Origin: Felis catus
Taxonomy: Eukaryota
Length of the DNA: 64,000 bases
NCBI RefSeq assembly: GCF_018350175.1
Contig: NC_058368.1
Location: 12,090,001-12,154,000, forward strand
Direction: 5' to 3'
Shown here piece after piece: positions 37,894-49,849 of this stretch. Positions within the stretch are counted from its first letter, which is position 1. Every line of letters begins with the position of its first letter. Both the position numbers and the translations under genes were made by a program. The notes under the pieces were generated by a model. That model was given only the letters and a program-made list of their open reading frames with translations. It did not search any database and was not told the origin of the DNA.

Positions 37894-38337
37894 GTATCAG
37901 TCAGGGTTCTAGCAAGTAGGATTCCACTGGAAAGAATTTAACCGCAGAGTGACTATTTATAGAAGTGCAGAGGGTGAGGAAGCTAAGGAGGCATGGTGAG
38001 CCCTCAGGGAACTAGGGTTAGCAGGAAGTGGTTACCACACAACAGCTTGAAGAGAAAGGAAGAGAAACTGTGTTTGTAGAGCCCAGTCCCTGGAGGGGCC
38101 ACTGGCTGGAGCTGTAATAAAGGAAGAAGGCAGACTATGACTGGAGCAAGAAACAGTGAAGAAATGCCCTGATTCTTTCATCCACCCCTCTGATCTCCTG
38201 CCAGCACCTCTTGCCGAACCCATGCGGATCTCAAGGGCCAGGAGCTGGGAGATGCAGTCCGGAGAGGCCAGCTTCCTGGGGCTTACAGTAGGGGAGCGAC
38301 AGTGGATCTGGGGAGGCCAAAAGAGTAGCTAGCACAC
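37894..38337 (-). mobile_element. LTR33-like ERVL solo LTR
   Basis: GTATCAGTCAGGGTTCTAGCA...CCCTCTGATCTCCTGCCAG...GTGGATCTGGGGAGG...AGCACA. Confidence 0.75.
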
Positions 38338-38695
38338 CTTGAAAAGTATCCAAAAGGTCTTGCTAAGGACTACACAGTATCACGCTTCACCACCAGCGGA
38401 CCTTCCGGCTTTGACGGCTGCGTGGATACAAAGCCTGGATCATACACTGCGTTGCCCACTGAGATTGGACCAGACTTCTGCTTGTTCCACGCCAGCCATC
38501 ACTAACCCCAAGCAGAGTGGACAGATGTCCATTACCCTCGCTCAGATTGGTTTTGGCCTGCCTTCTGTCCCTGTGGGCTGCTCTGGGCACCCGAGGCAGT
38601 TTTTACCATCTCCTCTGCAGGTCCCAGCCTGGCTCCAGCCAGCCCCCAGCAGCCCTGAGAACCGAGTGGTACCTCTCGTGACCATCACAGAGGAT

Positions 38696-38899
38696 GTGAG
38701 AGAGGGCGTGCGCACAAGTTGGAAAGGGGCAGAGAGAGGACGGGGGGTGGGGGGGGGGCGGCGGGGGTGTGGAAAGAGAGAATCCCAAGCAGGCTCTGCA
38801 CCACCAGCACAGAGCCCAACCAGGGGCTTGAACTCATAAACCATGAGATCATGACCTGAGCCAAAGTCGGATGCTTAACCAACTGAGCCACTCAGGCGC
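38696..38899 (-). mobile_element. CanSINE lacking its A tail
   Basis: GAGAATCCCAAGCAGGCTC...GAGCCACTCAGGCGC. Confidence 0.93.
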
Positions 38900-39112
38900 T
38901 TTGACCATTTGGTATCTTTTAATCTGTCATTTTACTTCAAGTCGGTGCCATATATAGTCATGTGGGCATAAAAGACTATCTGAAGTTATTTTGAGGGACA
39001 CAAAAATGGATAAAAATCAATGAGCTTTTTCTAAAGTTTTGGGGGAGAGGCGTATATGTAAAATTCCAAATCTTCCAGTTCAAACAATTAACCTTGCTTT
39101 ATTGTTGTATTG

Positions 39113-39114
<2 letters not shown>

Positions 39115-39153
<39 letters not shown>
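39115..39153. repeat. A39 homopolymer
   Basis: Direct count. Confidence 0.95.
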
Positions 39154-39155
<2 letters not shown>

Positions 39156-39571
39156 CCAGTTCATACATACAGTGTTTTAAAATTATTTAGATCAGCATTA
39201 CCCAGTAGGTCTGCAACAAGATCATCCGGAAACCCAACTTTAAGAGAATAGAGCAGATAGAAGTGGAAAGGAGAAGAGATGGTGTTACCAGAGCCCATGA
39301 GAGCTGGGGTCCCTTGAATGAGGTCCACAGGGTGAGAAATGTAAGAGGTGCTCACACTCTGGGTGGTGCGGTGCCCATTCTCTCCTGAAGAAAGCCCCAA
39401 CTGGAGCTGCCCACCAGTTTATTCTTTCTGGTTGATGGAATTCTACCATCCATCCATTCCTCCAGGTAAAAGCATCTTTGAAAAGGCAGACACTCTCGTT
39501 TAAGTTGGGAGAGCATGGGTGATATACTTAGGTTGCCAACACTGTTACAAATTAAGAGTTGAGATCATTTT

Positions 39572-39733
39572 GGGGTGCTGAGTGGCTCAGTCAGTTAAAT
39601 GTCAGCCTTCGGCTCAGGTCATGACCTCATGGTTCGTGAGTTCAAGCCCCATGTCGGGCTCTGTGGTGACTGCTCAGAGCCTGGAACCTGCTTTGGATTC
39701 TGTGTCTTCCTCTCTCTCTGCCCCTCCCCCACT

Positions 39734-39783
<50 letters not shown>

Positions 39784-39796
39784 CTCTCTCTCAAAA
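39572..39796 (+). mobile_element. CanSINE (tandem pair, copy 1) with long (CT)n
   Basis: Full SINE; TSD GAGTTGAG..CATTTT. Confidence 0.96.
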
Positions 39797-39812
39797 GAGT
39801 TGAGGGCATTTT

Positions 39813-39987
39813 GGAGCACCTGTGTGGTTCAGTCAGTTAAGCCTCTGACTTTGGCTCAGGTCATGGTCCAATGGTTCATGAGTTCGAACCCCACAACAGG
39901 CTCTGTGCTGCCAGTGCAGAGCCTGCCTGGGATTCTCTCTCTCTCTCCCTCTCTCCCCCCACCAAATAAATAAATATACTAAAAAAA
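39813..39987 (+). mobile_element. CanSINE (tandem pair, copy 2)
   Basis: SINE head to AATAAATAAA tail; same TSD. Confidence 0.95.
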
Positions 39988-40262
39988 GGGGGGGGGGAGT
40001 TGAGATCATTTTCCATAAGAGGGGAGGTTGTAAATTATGAAGATACATTTTATATTCTTCCAAATAGTATTTCCTATGGTCAGCACAAGATTCCAGAGGC
40101 TCCAATCAGTCAGATAGATTCGTTTGGTTTTGTTTTCTCCTCAGTATAGGACTTCATATGCAGAGCGGAGGAAAAGTAGCCCAAGAAATATTGAATAAAA
40201 ATTTACATTAAAGAAATGCTGAATGTATCTGTTCAGTCCCCATGGTTATCACCAATCACATG

Positions 40263-40449
40263 TGTCTTAGTCAGCTTGGGCTGCTAGAACAAAATCCAAC
40301 AGTCTGGGTGGCTAGAACAACAGATATTTATTTCTCACAGTTCTGGAGCTTGGAAAGCCCAACCAAATGGAGGTGCCTACAGATTTTCTTCCTGGTGAGA
40401 GCCTGTTTCCTGGCTTGTAGATGGCAGACATCTTGCTTGGTTCTCACAT

Positions 40450-40484
<35 letters not shown>

Positions 40485-40658
40485 CTCCGGTGTCTCTTCC
40501 TCTTCTTATAAGGGCACTAATCCCACCATGGGGCCCAACCCTCATGATCTTATCTAATTACCACCCAAAAGACCCATCTTCAAATACCATCAACACTGGG
40601 AGTTAGGGTTTCGACATATGAATTTTAGGGTGTCATACACATTCAGTCCTTAATGACA
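40263..40658 (-). mobile_element. MLT1A-type MaLR solo LTR
   Basis: TGTCTTAGTCAGCTTGGGCTGC...TTATAAGGGCACTAATCCCA...CACATTCAGTCC. Confidence 0.92.
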
Positions 40659-41920
40659 CGGTACAAATAACATAGTGTGAAGATGTTTGCAGAAATACTG
40701 TCAGGAAAATGGCTGAAATGTTAGCTTTTTGACTCCAGCTTGACTCTGATCCATTGTTCTAGTTCTGTAGATAGTTGGTCTTACGCATATGGTGGTGAAA
40801 TGTATTGCATCCTTCTTCACTTGCAAAGAAAATATGTGGTCCTCGCAGCTCAGCGACAGATGGCCAAAGTTTACAAAACCACTAAGAAAACAAACTCAAT
40901 GTATGAAAACAAAGTTCACTGCTAACGTTGGACCCTTTCTTTCATGTTTTGATTCATAAGGTAACAGTGTTCTAAACTGGAAAAAGAAAACACCTGACAG
41001 CATTTTTAAAAGCAACAACACCCCTAGTTAGCTGCTAAGAGCAGTTTCTTTTTTTGGATTAAAATGCACAAAGTAAAATACTTCTGGGGGAGTGGTTACA
41101 TGTGGCAACCTTAAGGGGAATGGCTGATGTGAAGGGCATCCCACTGCATTCGCTGTGGGATAGAATCAGCTTCCTCCTATTATTTGTGGTTAAAACTTTA
41201 TTAGGCAATATGGTATTAATGAGAAATATGGAAAAGAATTAGGAAATAATTATTGTTTACATGAAAGCTGTTCAACTACTTGTGCAAGAAAACCTCTCAC
41301 TTCCATATGACCCCATTCTCCAAACGTAAAGGGAATAGATACACGTTAATGTCTGCTAAGTGTGTAATTACAGATAGCACTCTCATAGTTAATCAGAGTA
41401 TCTCAGGAGTTGTAGGAATGGGAAATCTAGCTAGAAAATGCCTTCCTGACATCATAATCAATGCATTTGCCTAATTATATTTAATCGACTGAAGCACGTT
41501 TTTGAAAAAATATGTAAAAAACTATTCTGTGCACAAACCTGTCCAAGTCTTCAATAGGATGCTCTGAACAGAAGCTTTGGGTGAAAGGCCTTGTCGTGTT
41601 ACACAGACACCACCCGCAAATGTCTGTAATTCTCTTGGTGCACCATCCCGCCCATTTGCATGATACAGGGTGTTCTGATCATGATGGGGGGCGGGGCAAG
41701 GGCAATGAGCAAGTTCAGAGTCATGACCAGGAGGTGAAGGTGCAGCTCTGCAGAAGGGCTGAGGGTCCTTGTGGAGATGACAGAGGGGACTTTTCTTGGG
41801 GACACTTCAGTCCTTCGTGAAAGTCCGTGTTTCTAGGAATTGAACTATGACAGCATTTACCAGGGATGGGGAATTTAAAGTGAGGAAAGGGTCATATTAC
41901 CTGTGAGCTCTTGTTTTCTT

Positions 41921-41952
<32 letters not shown>

Positions 41953-42197
41953 TGACAAGAAAGTGATTCTCAGTACCTGGAATAAGGAAGTAAGGGGTCA
42001 CCAGTGCGCCGAAAGTGGAGAAGCAGAGAGATAAATGCAATGGAACAGAGAGGCTGAAACTATGCCACAGGGTATAATTCTTTCTTAAAAGTTGGAAGAT
42101 GCTATGATTTCTGTGCCATAGCTAACCCTCAAAGCCCTAAAGACGATACATGAGTTGAAACAGTGGACTGTGTCTCCCTTATTTATTCTTGTCTTCT

Positions 42198-42426
42198 TTT
42201 TTTTTTTTTTTAATTTTTTTTTTCAACGTTTATTTATTTTTGGGACAGAGAGAGACAGAGCATGAATGGGGGAGGGGCAGAGAGAGAGGGAGACACAGAA
42301 TCGGAAACAGGCTCCAGGCTCTGAGCCATCAGCCCAGAGCCTGACGCGGGGCTCGAACTCACGGACCGGGAGATCGTGACCTGGCTGAAGTCGGACACTT
42401 AACCGACTGCGCCACCCAGGCGCCCC
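42198..42426 (-). mobile_element. Very young CanSINE
   Basis: Young-type variants (GCGCAGTCGG, CAGCCAGGTCACG, CTGGGCTGATGG on the minus strand); perfect TSD ATTCTTGTCTTCT. Confidence 0.99.
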
Positions 42427-42488
42427 ATTCTTGTCTTCTAATAAATTTACTAAATAACTGAATCATCTTTCCTGATAAACAATTCAGT

Positions 42489-42615
42489 GGGGATTCTGGG
42501 TGGCTCAGTCGATTAAGTGTCTCACTCTAGATTTCGGGTCAGGTCATGATCTCACAGTTGGTGAGATGAGCCCCACGTGGGGCTCTGTGCTGACAGTGTG
42601 GGGCCTGCTTGGAAT

Positions 42616-42648
<33 letters not shown>

Positions 42649-42681
42649 GAAAATAAATAAACTTTAAAAAAAGTTAAAAAA
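42489..42681 (+). mobile_element. CanSINE (older subfamily)
   Basis: SINE head, (CT)n, A tail. Confidence 0.95.
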
Positions 42682-44017
42682 ATTCATAGTCACCTAAATT
42701 TTCAATCATTTGAATGTGTCCTAAGGCAATTATGCTAGGTAGGTCATGTGAGACAATTCCCCTCAAGAAACATAAATTTGAACTAAATATGTGATGACAA
42801 CAGTAACATACGTTGAGTGCTGACCATATACCAGGTTGTTCTAAGTGCATCACTCATGTGAATTAATTTAATTGAAGGGACAGAACAGGCAACATACAAT
42901 TTTTATTGTATGGCAAGGTGATACATTTTTAAAATTTAGAATTACTAAATATAATAAGGTGACAATAAAACATTTGTGGCCCCATGGATCACACGTGACA
43001 CAAAAGGGTGTCTATGTCTAATCTGTAGACATTATGTCTAATCTGACAAGGGACTAGTAACCAGAATACACAAGGAACCTGTGCGTATCAACAACAAAAT
43101 ACTCCAATAGAAAAAAATAGGCAAAATATAGACGAAGCGGTTTACAGAAGAGGAAACTCTTTGAGCTAATAAACACACGGAAAGATGTTCAAACATTATT
43201 AATAAGAGAAATGTGAATAAAATAATGAAACGTCACTTTGTGCCCATTAATGAGGAATTAATCAGGGAGCTGGATGATTTCCACCTCCAGCAAGGGTGTG
43301 AGGTTAGGGGTCCCTCTGCCTTGCTGGTGGAAAAGCAGACTGGAACAGCCATCCAGGAAATGGTACACTACTCAGTGCAGCTAAGCTTATGGACGCCCTA
43401 GGGCCCAGCCATTCCTCTCTGGAGTCGCCCCTGGAAAATCTCATTATAGACCCTTAAGTGACACATCTAAGGGCTTTGGTAGCAGATTATAGAGGCATCT
43501 GAAGTCCTTCAAGGAGAGTAGGTGATAAACGGTCAGGGTAAACACTGAGGGAGGACTGTGCCATAGTTAGAAGCAACAGATTCAATTTTCATGTAGGAGC
43601 ATGGATAAATGTTAAAAATATAACACTGAGTGGAAAACAAACAGAATGAGACATATAACATAATTCTGTTTATACAAATAAAAATATATCTTAATGCTAT
43701 AAAATTCTTAGAAGAAAATATAAGGCAAAAAAACATAAGGGAAAATCTTCATGACGTTAGCTTTGGCAATAGTTTCTTGGATATGACATCAAAAGCACAG
43801 GCAATGAAATAAATAAATTGGACTTCATCGAAATTAAGAACTTTTGTTCATAAAGACAAAGTAGAATGGTAGTTGCAGGGTTCACAAGGGAGTGTCTAAC
43901 GGGGACAGAGTTTGAGATGAAAAAGTTCTGGAGATTGATGGTGATCATAATCACACAGCAATGTGATTGTACTTAATATTGTTCAACCATGTACTTAAAA
44001 GTTGTTCAAATGGTAAA

Positions 44018-44122
44018 TGTTTTATTTTTTATGTTTTAAAGACAGAGGGAGAGCATGAGCAGGGGAGCAGGGCAGAGATGGGGAGAGAGAATCTTAAGGA
44101 GGCTCTACAAGCAGCACGGAGC
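44018..44122 (-). mobile_element. 5'-truncated CanSINE inside L1
   Basis: SINE 3' half only; flanking AAATGGTA repeats. Confidence 0.75.
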
Positions 44123-44274
44123 CAAAATGGTATAGATTATGTTATGTATACTTAACCACAATTACAGAAATAAAAAATACATTCAAAAAGACAAAAAAAG
44201 AAGAAAAATATATGTGATTCGGATAGTTTTTAAAGTAGGCATGCAATTCTTTTTTTTAAAAAGGAGAAGGGAGA

Positions 44275-44490
44275 GGGGCGCCTGGGTGGCTCAGTTGTTG
44301 AGCTTCCAACTTCAGCTCAGGTCATGATCTTGCAGTTCACGAGTTCGAGCCATGCATTGGGCTCTGTGCTGACAGCTTGGAGCCCAGAGCCTGCTTTGGA
44401 TTCTGTGTCTCCCTCTTTCTCTGCCCCTCCCCAGCTCATGCTCTGTCTCTCAAAAATAAATAAGCATTTATAAAAAAAAAAAAAAAAAAA
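44275..44490 (+). mobile_element. CanSINE
   Basis: Full SINE; TSD AAAAGGAGAAGGGAGA. Confidence 0.97.
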
Positions 44491-45339
44491 AGGAGAAGGG
44501 AGATTGTGCTTGTGTCTTTACTTATGTGAAACAAAGCAACATGTAATAATTAAGTGGTCAATATTGTGCAAATTTTAAAATTCATTAATTTGTTCAAAAA
44601 TGTTTTGAGAGAAAAGATGTACCTGCACAAAACAACAAATACACATTTTAGGACATTTGTAAAACACACTAGAATGTTTGATGGGGGAGGGGAAGGGTTT
44701 GGCTACAGGATAAAAGGGAAGAAACAAGTAAACGGAACAGCAAAGGACAATACTTGTGACCTCTCAACTCAATTCAGTTTAATAAACATTTGTTAAGAGT
44801 CGACTTTTTCCAGGCACTTTACTTGTATTTGCTCTTTCGGATGGTATCTGAGCCTAAATATGATTTATGTACATGAAATAATGAGACTCCTTTTTAATTT
44901 TTGTTAGAGAATTGCATGTGCCACAAGAACAGAGCAAAAAGTAAAAAAATTATCACTGGAAAAAAGTGTCTTCTAAGATTCTTTATCTTGCTTACATGGT
45001 TTGAAAAACTGACGTGCAATACTAACCAAGACGCTATCTTCAATATAGCTTTTGTCTCAAGTGTTGCCATTAAACCATTAAAAGCCAAGAAATAGAATTA
45101 AAAATAAGCCACAACAAAAATAATGTGATAGACTTGGAGGAGATTAAATGTTATTTAAATTATTTGTATATTAGTCTCTGATGAAAAATAGAAGTTTAGA
45201 GATATATTTAGATATTGCTAAGTCTCAAGTTACTACAACCTCTACATGTCCTAATAAAACTAACCCTTAGTAATCCCCAGTCATTCGTTAATTCAACAAA
45301 TATTTATTAAACTCCTATCACCTGCCGGATACTGGGCCT

Positions 45340-46505
45340 CAATAACCATTACTTTCCAGTTGATATCTCCACCCCAGGCGTCTCTGAATTCCAAACCTCA
45401 TAGCACAACCTTCTCTACATTTCTGCTTGACTGGCTCAAGAGTGTTTCAAACCCAGCTCGTCCAAAAACCTGTGACTCGTCCCCACAACTGTTGTTATTT
45501 CTGGGTTTTGCTCTCAGAGAATGACTCCACTTAACAGACACTAAGTGATCGTCCATGACACCTCTCTCCATCTCTCTCTGTTACTTGTCTTATCCAGTGA
45601 CTTCAAGTCCTGTTGATTTTAACATTTAAATATTTCTCAAATCCATTCACTTTCCCCCATCTTCAGTCACCGTGAGTCCAAACACCTATTACTATGTCAT
45701 TTCTTGATGGACTCCTGGCCTCACACATGTGTGCCCAGCCCTCCACCTCACTCCACATTGAAGCCAAATCTCGTCAAGTCATTTCCTATCCTTCCTCCTC
45801 TCTTAAAAATCTGTGTCTCTTTAGTTGAAGAATAAAATCTCTAAGGTGGCCAGGGATGTATTTATGGTATTGCTCCTTCCTGTCTCTATCCTCTCCCCCA
45901 TTCTCATCCCATCCTCTTCCCCATTCTCTTTGTCCTTCCATACTGCCTTTAAGTCCCTTGAGTGCATCATGTTCCTTCTACGACAGGGTCTTTGCAATTC
46001 TTATAGAATTGGAGTGCTCTTTGTCTCCCTCCTTCCTCCCTTGTGTCTCCTCTTTTGCATAGTTCATCCATTCACTCACAAATATTTATTGAGGACCTAC
46101 TGTATGCCAGGTGCTGATTTAGGGTGCTGGAGACTCAGTGATGAAATAAACTCCATGCCATCTTGAAGATTTAATTTTTGTGAGCTGCATTTGGACTCTG
46201 GGGGACTAATTCTGACTTAGCTCAATGTTCCTTCTTCAGAGAAGTCTGATGAAAGTAGAACAGGTCTCCTTGTTACAAGTTCACAAAACCCTGTGTATTC
46301 CTTCCTAGTACTTATCACGGCTTGTGATTATGCATTTATTTGAGGGTTTATCTGAATATCATCTGACTCACCCATTAGTCTGTAAGATTTATTTTGGTTT
46401 GGGACATGCCTGTTTTTTTCTCATCACAGTATCCTCGGGGCCTTATCACAGATTCTGGGTGCCTAGAGCATCTTGGATCTAGTAAATATTTATTGATTGA
46501 ATAAA
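45340..46505 (+). mobile_element. L2 fragments, mostly plus strand, with an antisense L2 end at ~46060-46170
   Basis: AAGTCCTGTTGATTT...ATTTCTCAAATCCATTCAC; TAGTAAATATTTATTGATTGAATAAA; CATTCACTCACAAATATTTATTGAGGACCTACTGTATGCCAGG. Confidence 0.82.
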
Positions 46506-46867
46506 ATGTGGTAGAAAATGATCTCTGTCCTAAGGTTAATCCAGTGAGAAGGCAGATGAATGAACAAATAATACAAGCAGAGAGAGAATTCTGACTCAGA
46601 AGTACATACAAAGGCTGAGGGACACATAAGATCCCTCATTTTATTATTTGTTTCTTAAATTGGGAAGACAAGCACATTTATATGCTGAAGGTTAATAGCC
46701 AACAGAGAGAGAAAAAGATACAGGAAGGAAGGGCCCTGATGAAAGGGCAACTTCCCTGGAGAGAGGGAGGGATGGGGTCCAGAGCTCCATGAAGGGTCTT
46801 GGTAATGGTTGGGGAGCTCTGTCCGATGGTTTCAATTTCTTTGTGGAGTCATAGGCTAGATCTGCTT

Positions 46868-47252
46868 GGGCTAGTACAGTAGCTATTTGCTACATGTGAC
46901 CACAAGCCCTTTAAACATGGCCTGGAAGGAGATGTGCTCTAAGTGCAAAACACATATCAAATTTTGAAGTCTTAGCACACAAAAAATAATGCAATATATC
47001 TCATTAATCATTTTTATGTTAATTGTTGAAATGATAGGGTGCCTGGGTGGCTTAGTCGGTTCAGCTCGGTCATGATCTCGTGGTTTGTGGTTTCAAGCCC
47101 CGCCTCGGGCTCTTTGCTGACAGCTCAGAGCCTGGAGCTTACTTTAGATACTGTGTGTGTGTCTCTCTCTCCTCTCCCGCTCGCACTCTGTCCGTCTCTC
47201 TCAAAAATAAGTAAATATTAAAAATATTTTAAAAATTGTTGAAATGATAATA
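46868..47252. mobile_element. MER33/MER3-like hAT element interrupted by a SINE
   Basis: GTAGCTATTTGCTACATGTG...GATGTGCTCTAAGTGCAAAACACAT...TATCTCATTAAT. Confidence 0.75.
47037..47232 (+). mobile_element. CanSINE with internal deletion
   Basis: SINE; TSD AATTGTTGAAATGATA. Confidence 0.95.
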
Positions 47253-47765
47253 TAGTCAGCTCTCATTATTCATAGTAGTTATGTTCTGTAAGGTTGCCAT
47301 GAACAGTGAATTAGCAAATGGTGACTCATTGGTCTGGGGAAATACAGGATGAGGTTCCTGAGAGTCTCTGGTCACATTTTCACCCATCGATCAATACATA
47401 TCTTTGCTGTATGTGTGTTTCTGTTTAAGACAACCTTATTTAATATATATATTGTCCCATTAACATTGAACTCACAACTGATAGCCCTCTAACCCACACC
47501 TGAAGGAAGCTTATCCAACACATTTAGTATCTCCACAAGGCACACCCCAGCCTTCTTGCTCTCAGAACACTAGACAGCGCTTCAGCACTATGCTTGGGAG
47601 CCGTTTTAACAACAAAATCACCAACCAAAAGCACAAAAGTGCAAAAAATGCAGCACTTCCTAGACCACAGAAAGGACACTTGTTTCCTTATGACAGCTGA
47701 AACAGGAAGGCAGAGCGCTGGTTTCTCTGACCTCAGCTGGGAATGTGGGTGAACAGTTTTTTCAT
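47253..47765. mobile_element. MER82-like Tigger (TcMar) element
   Basis: AGTCAGCTCTCATTATTCATAGTAGTTATGTTCT...CACTAGACAGCGCTTCAGCACTATGCTTGGG...ATCACCAAC. Confidence 0.85.
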
Positions 47766-48377
47766 GGATTCTATTATTATTCCAAAAACCAAATTGCCTC
47801 CTTATGCCTTTGATGCTTCAGTCAGTTCCTGCTCATTAATGCACACAAACACTATTATTTTTCCATAGCAAGACTCTATATTCTCTTTGTAACATGGTCT
47901 GGTGTCTTATTAAGTTTTTGGCCAGCTGTCTCTGCTCGGCAGATGTCTTCATTCGGCCGCCTGTGACAATTCTAGGAGCTTTCCCTGTGAGTTTTCGGCA
48001 AAGTACAAAGCTATTGGTGCACATGAATGGCTTACAGTTTCTTCCCCCCTAAAATGAACTTCCTTGTCTTTGTGAATCTTGAGTCTCATCAGGCAAAGGT
48101 GCCGGCCAGGAGTGAGTTTTGCTGCCTGCTCTTTAGGCTTTATGAACAGACTCAATGGTGGTAATTCCACAGATGCTGGTACCTCCCAGAACGGGTCTGA
48201 GATGTCCGGGGGGGTGGGTTTAGGCCGACCAACCCTGCAATTCTAGCACCACTGCATTCACGCTACGGTTTTGTTTTGTTTTGTTTTTTGTTTGTTTGTT
48301 TCTCTTTCTGCTCTGATTTCTGCTGGGGCTCTTCACAACAGCAGCCCCCTGGCTATCTTGCAGACTTGATGCAGATG

Positions 48378-48596
48378 CTTTTTTTTTTTTTTTTTAACGT
48401 GTATTCATTTTTGAGACAGAGAGAGACAGAGCATGAACAGGGGAGGGTCAGAGAAAGGGAGACACAGAATCCGAAACAGGCTCCAGGCTCCGAGCTGTCA
48501 GCACAGAGCCTGACGCGGGGCTCGAACTCACGGACCGCGAGATCGTGACCTGAGCCGAAGTCGGACGCCCAACCGACTGAGCCACCCAGGCGCCCC
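48378..48596 (-). mobile_element. Young CanSINE
   Basis: CpG-rich; TSD GATGCAGATGCTTTT. Confidence 0.98.
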
Positions 48597-49402
48597 AGAT
48601 GCAGATGCTTTTAATCAACCTTTTTTTCTGATTGTAAAACTAATAATCTAGAAAGCTCGGACAATAGAAAGAACAGAGAGAAATAGTCAAGTAATTTTAA
48701 TACTTATATCCTTGCCACACGGAGGGAACTAGTGTTAATATTTTCCTGCTGGGCATCACTAGCCCTTCATGTGGCTTCACCAGCAGCAGACAATGTCTGG
48801 GGCGCAGGGACAGGACAACATGCCGGTGCCAGGTGGCCACTGCACCTGACAGTCAAATACGAGCACATGAGAGGGTCCCTTCTGGAGGAAATTTACAGGC
48901 GAGGCCCATGTTCTGCGTGTGCAGACAGAAACAGGAACAGAAACTTTGGCATATAAATACTAGTGTGACAGCATTTGTGTTTGTGGGCTAGTGACGTCTT
49001 CGTTTATGGGCTAGAAGACGTATTTCTTCTTCCCATTTCTCTGTTAAAATTGGGATATATTCTATGTATACTATTTTGTATTCTGTTCTTTTTTACTTAG
49101 TAGTGTAATTTCCCCATACTATTAAATACCTTAAAAAAAAAAAAAAAAGGCTTAACTTATAGAGCGAGTATCAGAAAAAGAGAGACCATCCCTTGTCAGA
49201 AACCTCTCCAGACATAAATACTCTGCATCACCAAAATTTAGCATATGGGGAAGGTAAAATAGGAAGAGGAGAGAGCATGGAGATCTGATTATTTGCAAGT
49301 AATGGACATTCATAATCAATGAATCTAGTTACTGAATTCCGACTTTTGTGAGGGATGCAAAAAGAGTAAGAATAGACTTTGTCTTAAGAAACTTCAAATC
49401 TT

Positions 49403-49618
49403 GGGGCGCCTGGGTGGCTCAGTGGGTTGAGCATCCGACTTCGGCTCAGGTCATGATCTCGCGGTTTGTGAGTTCAAGCCCCGCGTCGGGCTCTGTGCTG
49501 ACAGCTCGGAGCCTGGAGCTGTTTCAGATTCTGTGTCTCCCTCTCTCTCTGCCCCTCCCTCACTAGTATATGTCTCTCTCTCAAAACTAAATAAAAACAT
49601 TAAAAAGAGAGAGAGAGA
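49403..49618 (+). mobile_element. CanSINE (tandem pair, copy 1)
   Basis: Full SINE; TSD AAGAAACTTCAAATCT. Confidence 0.97.
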
Positions 49619-49636
49619 AAGAAACTTCAAATCTCA

Positions 49637-49849
49637 GGGCACCTGGGTGGCCCAGTTGGTTAAGCGTCTGACTCTTGGTTTTGGCTCAGGTCATGACCTC
49701 ATGGCTCATGAATCTGAGCCCCACATTGGGCTCCCTGCTGACAGTGCGGAGCCTGCGTGGGATTCTGTCTCCCTCTCTCTCTGCCCCTCCCCTGTTCACA
49801 TGCTTTCTATCTTTCTCTCTCTCTCTCTCAAATAAATAGACCTAAAAAA
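49637..49849 (+). mobile_element. CanSINE (tandem pair, copy 2, older subfamily)
   Basis: Full SINE; same TSD. Confidence 0.97.

Larger units (their letters stand above)
43020..44720 (+). mobile_element. Cluster of old L1 3' fragments (L1ME-like with an L1MB-like piece)
   Basis: CTGACAAGGGACTAGTAACCAGAATACACAAGGAAC; TATAAAATTCTTAGAAGAAAATATAAG; GAGATGAAAAAGTTCTGGAGAT. Confidence 0.85.

Noticed and set aside
38339..38839. Longest ORF in the track (166 aa)
   Set aside because: Non-ATG start, runs into a SINE, no recognisable domain or splice context
41581..41820. Overlapping ORFs on both strands in GC-richer unique DNA
   Set aside because: No frame I translated resembles a known protein and there is no convincing splice-site pair
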